From Piromyces finnis finn (lineage: Eukaryota; Fungi; Neocallimastigomycota): a stretch of DNA of 64,000 nucleotides. The stretch covers positions 558,001 to 622,000 of the forward strand of contig MCFH01000027.1 of NCBI GenBank assembly GCA_002104945.1, in the 5' to 3' direction. Shown piece after piece: positions 1 through 9,900 of the stretch (the first letter of the stretch is position 1; each line of letters opens with the position of its first letter). Made by a program: the position numbers and the translations under genes. The notes beneath the pieces were generated by a model, which made no database searches, was not told where the DNA came from, and saw only the letters and a list, made by a program, of their open reading frames with translations.

Positions 1-61
1 CTAAAGTATAATAATTGTATTTGACTTCCAATGGGACACCGAGCCAAAGATCAAAATTTTG

Positions 62-3000
62 TCATGGAACAAAATTATGATCTCCATTGGTTGCGCTGGC
101 CCTCCTGGCCTGTCTTACTGTTTCTTCAGCATTGACGCTCTTGGATGTTGCTTCAAACCTTTTGAACATTGACCATTGCTGGCCAATAGCAAAAGGCATG
201 ATTTTGGTTAGAAGTTCCGCGGTTACCGTCAAGAATGGTGCTCCTTCATTAGTACCAGATTGAATCTGACGCTTACAAAGTTCTTTCCATTCCCTTGAAT
301 TGTAATTAATATTGTTAAAACTTCTTCCCCCAAGAAGGAATTTAAATATTTTACTGCACACACTAGAATAATCATACACATTAATATTCACCGGATTATT
401 AGAACTATTACTATCATTAACTAAATTACTATCTAAATTAGAATTATTATCTTCACTATTGCTATCATTACTAATATTATTATTTCTATTATTGTTATTA
501 TTACTATTGTTACTATTACTATTGTTACTATTACTATTGTTACTATTACTATTAATGTTATTACTATCTCTACTGATATTATCAATTTCATTATTATTGA
601 TAGGACTATTGGAATTACGTTGACTGAAAAAATTTAATAGCTGGACTATGGAATCATAATGTTTAATACGGATATCTCTAAATGTTGGACAATCTAATAA
701 CCAATGTTTAATACTTTGATCTCCACACTTGCAACATGGACAGTAGTTAGGACAAACTGGATCAACAAATTTAGCAGCTTTGGCAACTCTAGCATCCAAC
801 TTGTATCCGCTTCTTGCTTTCAATAGCCAGTAGAAGCCATAGGCAAACTCTGGGTACTCATAACATAATTTAATAAAATCTTTAGTTTCAATAAATTTAT
901 TATCATCATAATATTGCGCTTTGATTGAATTCCCTTTGAGATCTTTCCAATAAAAGTTTTTAACTGCTTTAACATCTCCATGTTTCTTTAATTTTTTATC
1001 AAGTGTCCTACTTGATTTGCACCACGTGTATTTTCTAAATTTAGGAATGTAATTGACAAGGTGTGAGATAATACAATTTGAGTTTTTCCATTTGTTAAAA
1101 CATCTAACCTGAGCTAACGCACATTTGGCTGACAATGGAGGAATATTCAAATCTTTTGAAATAGAGTATAAAGATATAAACGATACAGCTTTATGAACTC
1201 CGGCAACCCATCGTATTCCTTTGTTAACATGCTTCTGAGCAATCCTAGACCTAGCTTTGTTGGATCCAAGTAATGGTGCAAAGTATGAAACTCTGCTAAT
1301 CACTTGTGAGTTAAGTACTAGTTTTTTGAAAGGAATAGGAATATTAGGATTTCTTAAGAATTTACTGACTGAGAAAAGCCCTTTCAAAACCTTGTTATTA
1401 AGAGCTTTAATTACTGGTTTAAGGGACAAATTCTTATCAAATGGAACACCAAGATAAGTATAACAATCAGTAGTTGGAATGGGTTGTCCTGCTAAGTAAA
1501 ATGTTGGATCTCTCTTGTTCTGATTTTCTATTGATTCAGGACGAATCACCATCGTTGAACATTTCTGGATACCAAATTCCATTTCATTATACAATGCCCA
1601 TTCATTAACTCTTCTAAGCATCTTTTTTAAGCATCCTCTTGTTGGAGCACAAATAACTATATCATCTGCAAAAAGTCCACCACAGCATCGAGTGTCACCT
1701 AAACTGACTCCTAGATCTTCGCACTCTCTAAATATATCATTAATAAAGAGATTAAAGAGAATAGGAGAAAGAGGGCAACCTTGACGGACTCCTTTCTTCA
1801 CATCAAAAGATTTCGAGAATTGTCCATCTAATTTGACATTAGCCTTAGATGTTAAATATAAATTTTTGATGAATTGTAAACTCTTACCTCGGATTCCTAA
1901 ACAATCTAATTTATGGAGAATATTACCGATTGGGACTGAATCGTATGCTTTCCTGAGATCTAAAAAGGCCAAATATGTCTCTTTATTATCTAATTGACGT
2001 CTACGGCATATTTCTTGGATTGAAATGAAAAGACTAATACTTTCTTCCTTTTTTCGAAAACCAAATTGTTCAGGTCTAATGAAATTATTCTTTAAACCAT
2101 ATTCTGAGATTCTAGTGGTGACAATTTTGGAAATCAACTTAATACCATTATTGATAAGTGATATACCTCGATAGTTATCACAATCTGTCAAATCTCCCTT
2201 CTTAGGAATAGAAACAATACTGGATTCATTCCATGAGTTGGGGAAATCTCCATCCCAAATACGGTTGAATAATTTAAGAATAAAATTTAAACCATGAGCA
2301 TCATTATCTGAAGTAGTATTACCAGAAGAATTATTATCTGTAGCATTATTAGAATCATTACTTGATGGAACTAATGCTTTGTAAAATTCAATTGGAATAC
2401 CATCCGGACCTGATGCTTTATAATTTGGAGTAGTGAGGATAGCTGACTTGACTTCATCAATACTAATATCTTGGTTGATATCCCATTCATCAAGCATAGG
2501 AAGTGAAAAACGTTTATTCATTGGTTCTTCATACCAATGCTCTAAATCAAGACTTACACCACTTGGATCTGATGCAAGCTTTTCGAAATGATCATGCCAC
2601 ACATCTAGTTGTTCTTCCGTAGCAACAACTAATTCTCCATTTTTATTTTTAATTGGTTGAGCAATAAAGAAAGAATCTTTTCCAATTTTTGCAGTTTTCT
2701 TGATCCATTTCCAGGCCTTCTTAGGATTATGACTCTTCATATACTCACATCCTGTTTTAATCCAATGAAGATATTCTTGCTTCCTAAATTCATTACATCT
2801 TTTGTGGATGTAATCAATGAGTTTACGGTAGATTTTAATTCTTTTAATAAATTCATCTATATCATAAATTCTTTCTTTTTTAAATCTCTTATACAACTTC
2901 ATTTTGATTTTTTGAAGATTAAAAATTTGTTGTGAAATATGAAATGAAGACTTTATAACATTATTTGCTGAAGTAATACTGAGCTCGTCTGCAATTGAAA

Positions 3001-4570
3001 AAGCAGTTGAAGTAAACTCTTTGGAAAGTTCATCTGTAGAAACATTAGGATCGTTGGATTTTGCTGAAAGTATTTGGAATTTATTATGACTGAGAATAGA
3101 TTCCTTTTCCTCAATACATTTTAATCTATTCCATTTCAGAATTTTCTTAGGAACATTAAAGTCATTAGAAAAATCTTCCATAGGAATAATTTTACCATTA
3201 ATAAGAAGTGGCTTATGGTCTGATACAGGATAAAAATTATTTATAAATGATCCTGAGTGAATAAGATCTTTCATCTTCGAATTGATAAGAGCATGGTCAA
3301 TGTCGGAAGATTGATCACCTCGAGTCCAAGAGATAGTAGACCCTCTAAGCGGAAGAATTTCCCAATCTCCTAATCCATTAGTTGATAACCAGTTGGATAA
3401 TTTTACTTTAGACATATTAAAATCACCAACAAGAATCGATGGATGGGATGAATGAGTTTGTAACCACAAGCGAACTTCTAACTTTGCATGATCAACATAG
3501 ATGTTGTGATGACTATGAGGCATATAAACATTACCAATCGAGCATTTGAATCTATTCCAGAGACTAAAAGTATAAATAGAAATAATATACTTTCCAGAGA
3601 AGTTTTCAAGTGAGGCTTGACATGAATTGTGAAAACCTAAATATAAACCTCTCATTCCCGGAACTGATTCGTCAGCTTTCTTGAAAAAGTGTCTATAGTT
3701 TCGCAAAGTAACACGACAAGGATAATCTGTATTCGATCCAGAACCATTACCAGTTTCTTGGAAACATAAAAATAATGGTTTGAAAATAGCTGTGAAATAG
3801 CTAATACTATCTCTCTTTTCGTGATTCCACCCATTGGTGTTCCAACTAAGACAAAAAGAAAAGTTATCAGGCTTGTTGGATGAGGAAGAATCGTTGCTAT
3901 TATTATTATTATTAAAGTCATCGTTATTAATGGATGATGCATCAGAGGAATAAGTAGAACTATTACTAGATGGCTGTGAAACTGAAGAACTATCAACTAT
4001 TGAACTGTTATCAGAGTTGATAGAGCTATTAGAATTAATTGTTGAATGTTGAGATTGAAATTGTGTTTGCTGTAGATCTGGAATATTTTCATGATTGGAA
4101 ACTTGTTGAAGATCTTGTTGAAGATCTAGTTGAAGATCGGATTGTTGATGAGATTGTTGAACTGATTGTTGAAATGATTGTTGAATAGAATGTTGATGTT
4201 TATTAGAAACTAAAATTTTACGTTTGAGAGTGGAAAAAGTGTATTTGTGATTCCTTCTACTACGAGCTGAAAAGGAAATTGAGGTAACTGAAAGTTTCTT
4301 CTTTAACATGTGTAAGATTTTAATACAATCTTTCGATGAACCATGAACCTTGACTAAGAAAAAGTGATCATTGAAAGTCTGAAAATATTTAACACTAATA
4401 ACTGAATTAAATTTATCTTCTAGAATAACCTCGAGTTTTTCCCATAGCATATTTACTGACCATGATCGAATACCACGGATAAAGAAGGAGCGAATATCAT
4501 CTAAGGGGATACCATAAGACCGGGTACCACGTCTGATATAATTCTTGTCTTTAATATAAAGGACTGACAT
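62..4570 (-). CDS. LINE single ORF, 1502 aa: RRM-like N-terminus, Q/S/N linker, APE endonuclease, reverse transcriptase, CCHC knuckle, Asn tract
   Basis: APE motifs SWNTNG, FQET, VGDFN, DIDH, SDH. RT motifs IPKKGD..NYRGISL, QFGFR, FLDLRKAYD, GVRQGCPLSPILF, LFADD, YLG. C-terminal CPCCKCGDQSIKHWLLDC. Confidence 0.96.
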   Translation of the reverse strand: MSVLYIKDKNYIRRGTRSYGIPLDDIRSFFIRGIRSWSVNMLWEKLEVILEDKFNSVISVKYFQTFNDHFFLVKVHGSSKDCIKILHMLKKKLSVTSISFSARSRRNHKYTFSTLKRKILVSNKHQHSIQQSFQQSVQQSHQQSDLQLDLQQDLQQVSNHENIPDLQQTQFQSQHSTINSNSSINSDNSSIVDSSSVSQPSSNSSTYSSDASSINNDDFNNNNNSNDSSSSNKPDNFSFCLSWNTNGWNHEKRDSISYFTAIFKPLFLCFQETGNGSGSNTDYPCRVTLRNYRHFFKKADESVPGMRGLYLGFHNSCQASLENFSGKYIISIYTFSLWNRFKCSIGNVYMPHSHHNIYVDHAKLEVRLWLQTHSSHPSILVGDFNMSKVKLSNWLSTNGLGDWEILPLRGSTISWTRGDQSSDIDHALINSKMKDLIHSGSFINNFYPVSDHKPLLINGKIIPMEDFSNDFNVPKKILKWNRLKCIEEKESILSHNKFQILSAKSNDPNVSTDELSKEFTSTAFSIADELSITSANNVIKSSFHISQQIFNLQKIKMKLYKRFKKERIYDIDEFIKRIKIYRKLIDYIHKRCNEFRKQEYLHWIKTGCEYMKSHNPKKAWKWIKKTAKIGKDSFFIAQPIKNKNGELVVATEEQLDVWHDHFEKLASDPSGVSLDLEHWYEEPMNKRFSLPMLDEWDINQDISIDEVKSAILTTPNYKASGPDGIPIEFYKALVPSSNDSNNATDNNSSGNTTSDNDAHGLNFILKLFNRIWDGDFPNSWNESSIVSIPKKGDLTDCDNYRGISLINNGIKLISKIVTTRISEYGLKNNFIRPEQFGFRKKEESISLFISIQEICRRRQLDNKETYLAFLDLRKAYDSVPIGNILHKLDCLGIRGKSLQFIKNLYLTSKANVKLDGQFSKSFDVKKGVRQGCPLSPILFNLFINDIFRECEDLGVSLGDTRCCGGLFADDIVICAPTRGCLKKMLRRVNEWALYNEMEFGIQKCSTMVIRPESIENQNKRDPTFYLAGQPIPTTDCYTYLGVPFDKNLSLKPVIKALNNKVLKGLFSVSKFLRNPNIPIPFKKLVLNSQVISRVSYFAPLLGSNKARSRIAQKHVNKGIRWVAGVHKAVSFISLYSISKDLNIPPLSAKCALAQVRCFNKWKNSNCIISHLVNYIPKFRKYTWCKSSRTLDKKLKKHGDVKAVKNFYWKDLKGNSIKAQYYDDNKFIETKDFIKLCYEYPEFAYGFYWLLKARSGYKLDARVAKAAKFVDPVCPNYCPCCKCGDQSIKHWLLDCPTFRDIRIKHYDSIVQLLNFFSQRNSNSPINNNEIDNISRDSNNINSNSNNSNSNNSNSNNSNNNNNRNNNISNDSNSEDNNSNLDSNLVNDSNSSNNPVNINVYDYSSVCSKIFKFLLGGRSFNNINYNSREWKELCKRQIQSGTNEGAPFLTVTAELLTKIMPFAIGQQWSMFKRFEATSKSVNAEETVRQARRASATNGDHNFVP

Positions 4571-5211
4571 GATAATAAATTCTAATTAAAAATATTGAAT
4601 ATAAAATAAATACTAATAAAAATTATAAATATAACGTATATGGAAAAAAAATCTGTCTCTCTCTCTCTTCTTAAAAGTACTGGATAGTACAAAAATTGTT
4701 ACGATGCTTTGTTTAAAGTTTCTTTTTTTGAATTCTAGTTGTAAATTTTCTTTAAAAATTCTAGTTTTGGTTTGTTGTTAGTAAATTCGATTCGCTTTTT
4801 GACACTAAACTTGTTTGACTTACTTTTCATTAAATATTTAAATTGGTAAAAAATTTGAATCAAGAATGTCGACACCAGAAAGCTTGTGAATAGTATTTTT
4901 ACATGATGTAGAGTGAATCAGTCTCTTACAAGAAACAATACAACAATAGCTACATGAATATAAAAATACAATGCAAATGCTAAAGTTGACTACATTGGAT
5001 TCTTACAAGAGAAGAGTAGTACTACATGAATACATGAATAAAAGAAAAAATACAGCAACAAAATGTATTACTCTTCTAATTAAATACTATACAAACTTAC
5101 CTGAATATCAAACATTCAACTTATTCATCAAATACTTAAATTCGATGGATAAATGTTTTTTAATCGCTCAGTACCATGAGCTTAGTCCTAATAATTTTCC
5201 CTTAAAGACTA

Positions 5212-5457
5212 ACCAAGCATCCATTGCGCAATACTTGGATTTAATTCTTCCTACTCTCTCAGTACCATGAGCATGAGTAGACCCCCTTGAGAAACTACAT
5301 TTATTAAATAAATGAAGGCACGTTTCCAAGAGGGCACCAAGCATCCATTGCGCAATACTTGGATTTAATTCTTTCTACTCTCTCAGTACCATGAGCATGA
5401 GTAGACCCCCTTGAGAAACTACATTTATTAAATAAATGAAGGCACGTTCCCAAGAGG
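5212..5457 (-). repeat. Tandem duplication of the LINE 5'-terminal ~122 bp
   Basis: 5212-5334 and 5336-5457 are near-identical (accaagcatccattgcgc...ggcacgtt(t/c)ccaagagg), with two substitutions and a 1-nt terminal difference. Confidence 0.93.
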
Positions 5458-5460
5458 ATT

Positions 5461-5579
5461 CTAAAAAGGCCAAATATGTCTCTTTATTATCTAATTGACG
5501 TCTACGGCATATTTTTTGGATTGAAATGAAAAGACTGATATTTTCTTCCTTTTTTCGAAAATCAAATTGTTCAGGTCTA
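5461..5579 (-). pseudogene. Isolated ~120 bp fragment of the LINE RT region abutting the copy A 5' end
   Basis: ctaaaaaggccaaatatgtc...caggtcta matches 1960-2078 with about 4 substitutions; encodes RPEQFDFRKKEENISLF...YLAFL. Confidence 0.9.
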
Positions 5580-6968
5580 CATGGGACTATAGTTGATCCA
5601 CAAAACAAAATATAAGTTTTAACACACTTTTTGAGTAATGACTAATAATATTTTTTAAAAACTATAAAATAAAAATAAAAAATAAAAAATTCTAAAAAAA
5701 ATTTACAATAAACACTCTTGCTTTTTTAAACACAACTTCTTTTTTTTTTTTTTTAATTTTATAAAATAAATGTATTATTATTTTTTTATTTATTATATGT
5801 GCTTTATTTTTTTTTTTTTTTTTTTTTTTGATTTCTTTTTATAATTTTTTTTCGTTAATGGATTTTGTTTTTCTTTTTTCGTTTTTTTTTTTTTGTTTTT
5901 TCTTTTTTTTTGTTTTTTTTTGTTTTGCTTTCTTTCTTTCCTTTATAATATTTGGTTCCTTTTCTTTTAAATTTTCTATTTCTTTTTAAACTTATAAAAG
6001 AAAATCCAAAAAATATTAAAAATATAAAGATAAAAATTTAAATTTTAATAGTACTTTTCTCTTTTCTTTTTTCTTTCTTTTTAAATATCTTTTCTATAGT
6101 CTATTTTTTTCTTTTTCAAAGAACTTTTATATTAAAAAATTAACCTACTTTTTTTTTTTTTCATTTTCCAATGAATAATATCATTTTTCATATTATTTTC
6201 TTCTATCTATATATAACTATTTACAAATTAAAAAAATTATTATATACTATTATTATTTAAAAATAATACTTTCATTCAAATATGTTATAAATATTTAAAT
6301 GAAAATATTACTTTAGTCTATTATTATTGTTGTTATTTTTTGGATTTAGTTTTCTATAAAAAATGAATATATTATCAATGGAAATATATGGAAAAAAAAA
6401 ACTTCTTTTTAAAGGGTTTTTCTTTTTGTTAGTTAATAATAGGTTTAATATGGTGATATTTATAATTCTTTGATAATTAGCATATTAAAAAAGAAAAAAA
6501 TCGGCATCTCTAAAAAAAATATTTAAAGAAATAAAAAAAAAAAAGATTTAAAAAATAAATTGCTAAAAAATACTATTTTTCTTAAAAATTTTCCTTTTTT
6601 TTTTATATTTTTATATTTTATATGGATTTATATAATTTATAATTAATTATTTATATAGGAATATATAAAATAAAAATTAATTTTTCTTGATATTTCGTTT
6701 TCATTTTTTTTTTTTTTTTATGTATTATTTGCTATAAAAAAATAATTTTTAATGTACTATACGTTCTTTTCAATTATTGTATGTTGAAAATAAATAAAAA
6801 TAAACAAATTAATTTCAATTACTAATAAATAAAAATATAAAGATAATTTTAGTTATTAATATGTAAATGATGTGGTTAATATAAAATATGATTTTAAAAA
6901 ATGATATTTGTTGTAATTAAAAAATACGTGGGATAATAAAATTAAGATTTCATAATAGTTTATGAAAT

Positions 6969-9900
6969 TTAATTGGAAGAATTGTTGTTGTTCTTCTTCT
7001 TCTTCTTCTTGTTCTTCTTCTTTTCACTGTCATCATTGAGATTAGCGAAAGCATTTACTGAAGCAGCAGCAATCTTGGTAGTGTCTTGGTTATTCTTTTT
7101 GGATTTGTTATTATTCTTCTTAGTGGTTGGAATAGAAATCCATTCATCTTCAGCTGGCTTTTCTTCAACAATTTCAACTGGAGCAGAAACGGTTTCCTTT
7201 TCTTCTTGTCCAGATGATTCACCTTCATCAGCTTCAGCCTTGGCAGCATTCTTCTTCTTCTTCTTGTTCTTCTTCTTCTTCTTCTTTTGTTCTTCAGAAC
7301 CTGCAGCAGCAGCAAGAGCGGCTTCAGCTTCAGCGGCAGCAGCAGCAAGAGCAGCTTCTTCTTCTTCTCTAGCCTTTCTTTCAGCTTCTTCTCTGGCGAG
7401 TCTTTCAGCTTCAGCAGCAGCAGCAGCTTCTTCTTCTTCTCTAGCCTTTTGTTCGGCAGCCTTCTTCTTCTTGTTCTTCTTCTTGTTCTTCTTCTTCTTA
7501 GCAGCAGAGCTTTCAACTTCACCTTCAGCATCAGCTTCTTCTTCTTCAGTTACTTGGGTCTTCTTATTCTTCTTACCAATAACTTGCCATTCATTTTCCT
7601 TAACTTCCTTTTGTTGGTAGTTTTGAATACCCAAGTAGCTCATAGCATTAGCTAATTCATCAACTAAAACATCTGATGATTTTAAGATGTTGATTTCCTT
7701 TTTACCATTGTAACCTGGAATATGTCTTTGACCACTACCGGCCTTATTTTCTTCAACTTGGGATGAAACTTCACTGACATCTTCTTCTTCGTCTCCAAAT
7801 TCTTTCTTTAATTCTTCAACATTCTTTTCAATTAATTGAATACACTTAGCAACTTCCTTCTTATCACCAGTGACTTCAATAGTGTCACTCTTAGAACGGT
7901 TTCTTGGTGGGAAATTGATACGAACAGATTTACCAGCTTCCTTCTTAATGTTTTCTAAATTCTTACCCTTGGCACCAATAAGACGGCCATGGAGATGATT
8001 TGGAACATCAATCTTCTTAGTGACTTCATTTTGATGTCTGTTGTTAATTTCTTGAATGGCCTTAACACCAGCCTTTAATTCTTCAGCAGTTTCAGCAATA
8101 ACTAAAACATTGTTTTCAGCATCACTTTCATTATCTCTTGCAGAGTTAACGAAAATATTACATTTAGTTTCCTTTCTTAAACGGTTAATATTACTACCTC
8201 CACGACCAATAATTAAAGAGCAAACACTTGGGTCAACAGTTAATTGCTTGAATTGCTTAAAGTTAGAAACTTCTTGAAGTTTCTTTTCAATGTTAGCTTT
8301 ACAGTCAGCAACAGACTTCTTGTCACCATTAATTCTGATGCGATCCTTTCCGAAATCAACAAAAGCACCGTTTTGTCTACGTTGCTTGTTAAATTGTTGA
8401 CTGTTCATAACGTACAAGTATTGAAGTTCAGTAAGTGGAATGGATTCAACAACACTAGCCATTGAAAGAATTTCCTTCTTAGCACCTTCAATCTTTTCTA
8501 AATCTAAACCAGAAATGGAAATTGGAACAAGATCGTTTTCAATAGCATCACGGTGCATATCAATAGAGACTTCAAATCTCTTAGAGATATCATTAATGTT
8601 GCTACCCTTAGTACCAACAATTCTGGCTAAGTCCATTCTTGGAACAGAAATCTTAACAGAAACACGGTTGGCAACATCTTCCTTAACCTTTTCAATTAAC
8701 TTCTTAAAGGCTTCACAGCATTCTTCAATCTTTTCTCTTGGAGCACGGACTAAAACCTTGTTTCTTTCTTCTTCTTCTTCAAAACCGTATGGGAAGTTGA
8801 AACGAGCCTTATCGTTTTCTTCACCATACTTAGTAGCAAGAGCATCCATGTGAGAACGGAATCTGGTCTTTAAGACTTCGTGGATGTTTTCTGGACATTC
8901 AACTTCACGAGAAAGAATGATGGTACTTTCATCAACAATTCTCTTAATTTGCTTCTTGGCATCTTCACAACCCTTCTTGGTACCCTTGATGGTAATGTTA
9001 ATATCACCTTCTTCATCAATTTCATCATCATCTTCAAAGTCAATTCTAGTGTCAGTGTCTTCCTTAATCTTATTAATGATAACACCACCACGACCAACAA
9101 TCTTGGAGACAACAAGTCTTGGAACTTGGAAGGTAATTTCGTGAGAGTGAGAAATGATGTCCTTAACTTGATCAAGGACAACTTGTTTAGCCTTTTCAAC
9201 ATCATTCTTGAAACCTCTAATAGTAATCTTGTTTTGATCTCTGTTCTTGATCTTTTCTTCGTAATCTTCATCATCTTCATCAACTCTGGCTGGGAAGAAG
9301 AATTGAACATTGTACTTTTGCTTAATAGCATTAATGTTCTTACCCTTAGCACCAATTAATTGACTGTGGTATTTGTTATCAACTTCAATATCAACATTGA
9401 CAGTATCAAGAATTTCCTTAGCACGTTCAGCAACTAACTTAACAACATATGGAATTAAGTTTCTGTGACCAGTACAGGTAACAATTTCCTTATCATTTTC
9501 TTCCTTAATATCAAACTTTAACATGTTTAATTCTTCATCAGTAATTTCGTGCTTGTTTCCAACCTTTTCCTTTAAAGCTTCAACTAACCAATTTTGAACA
9601 TGAGCACCACCAACAATACGACGACCAATACCCTTACCAATAACAACATCTTCAGAGAATCTGTTCATAAAGTCAAAGTGCTTTTGAGCTTCAGCAGCAG
9701 CCTTAAGACTGTTGATAGCAGCAACAACATCCTTTTCTGGACCACTAACAGTAATGGTAGAATCATTACCCTTAACATCCTTTTGTGGGAATCTAATCAT
9801 AATGGTATTGTTGTGCTTGGCTCTTAATTCCTTAATAGCAGAACCTCCAGTACCAATTAAAGAACCATGGTACTTTGGATCAATTTCAATGGTTTGAGTA

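Larger units (their letters stand above)
1..5457 (-). mobile_element. APE-RT non-LTR retrotransposon (LINE) copy A, intact ORF; 3' end runs off the window
   Basis: Reverse complement aligns to copy B over the 5' leader, the ORF and the first ~60 nt of 3' UTR (bases 1-61 match 61191-61251). Inner 5' end CCCTCTTGG at 5334; a second, outer 5'-end copy finishes at 5457. Confidence 0.95.

Noticed and set aside
4971-5270. 99-aa antisense ORF in the LINE 5' leader (ORF0-like idea)
   Set aside because: Copy B has offsetting 1-nt indels that create TGA at about codon 58, so the ORF is not conserved between two otherwise ~99% identical copies. No recognisable domain.
5375-5608. 77-aa ORF containing RT-like sequence
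   Set aside because: Chance fusion of the 120-bp RT remnant with the duplicated 5' end; not a gene.
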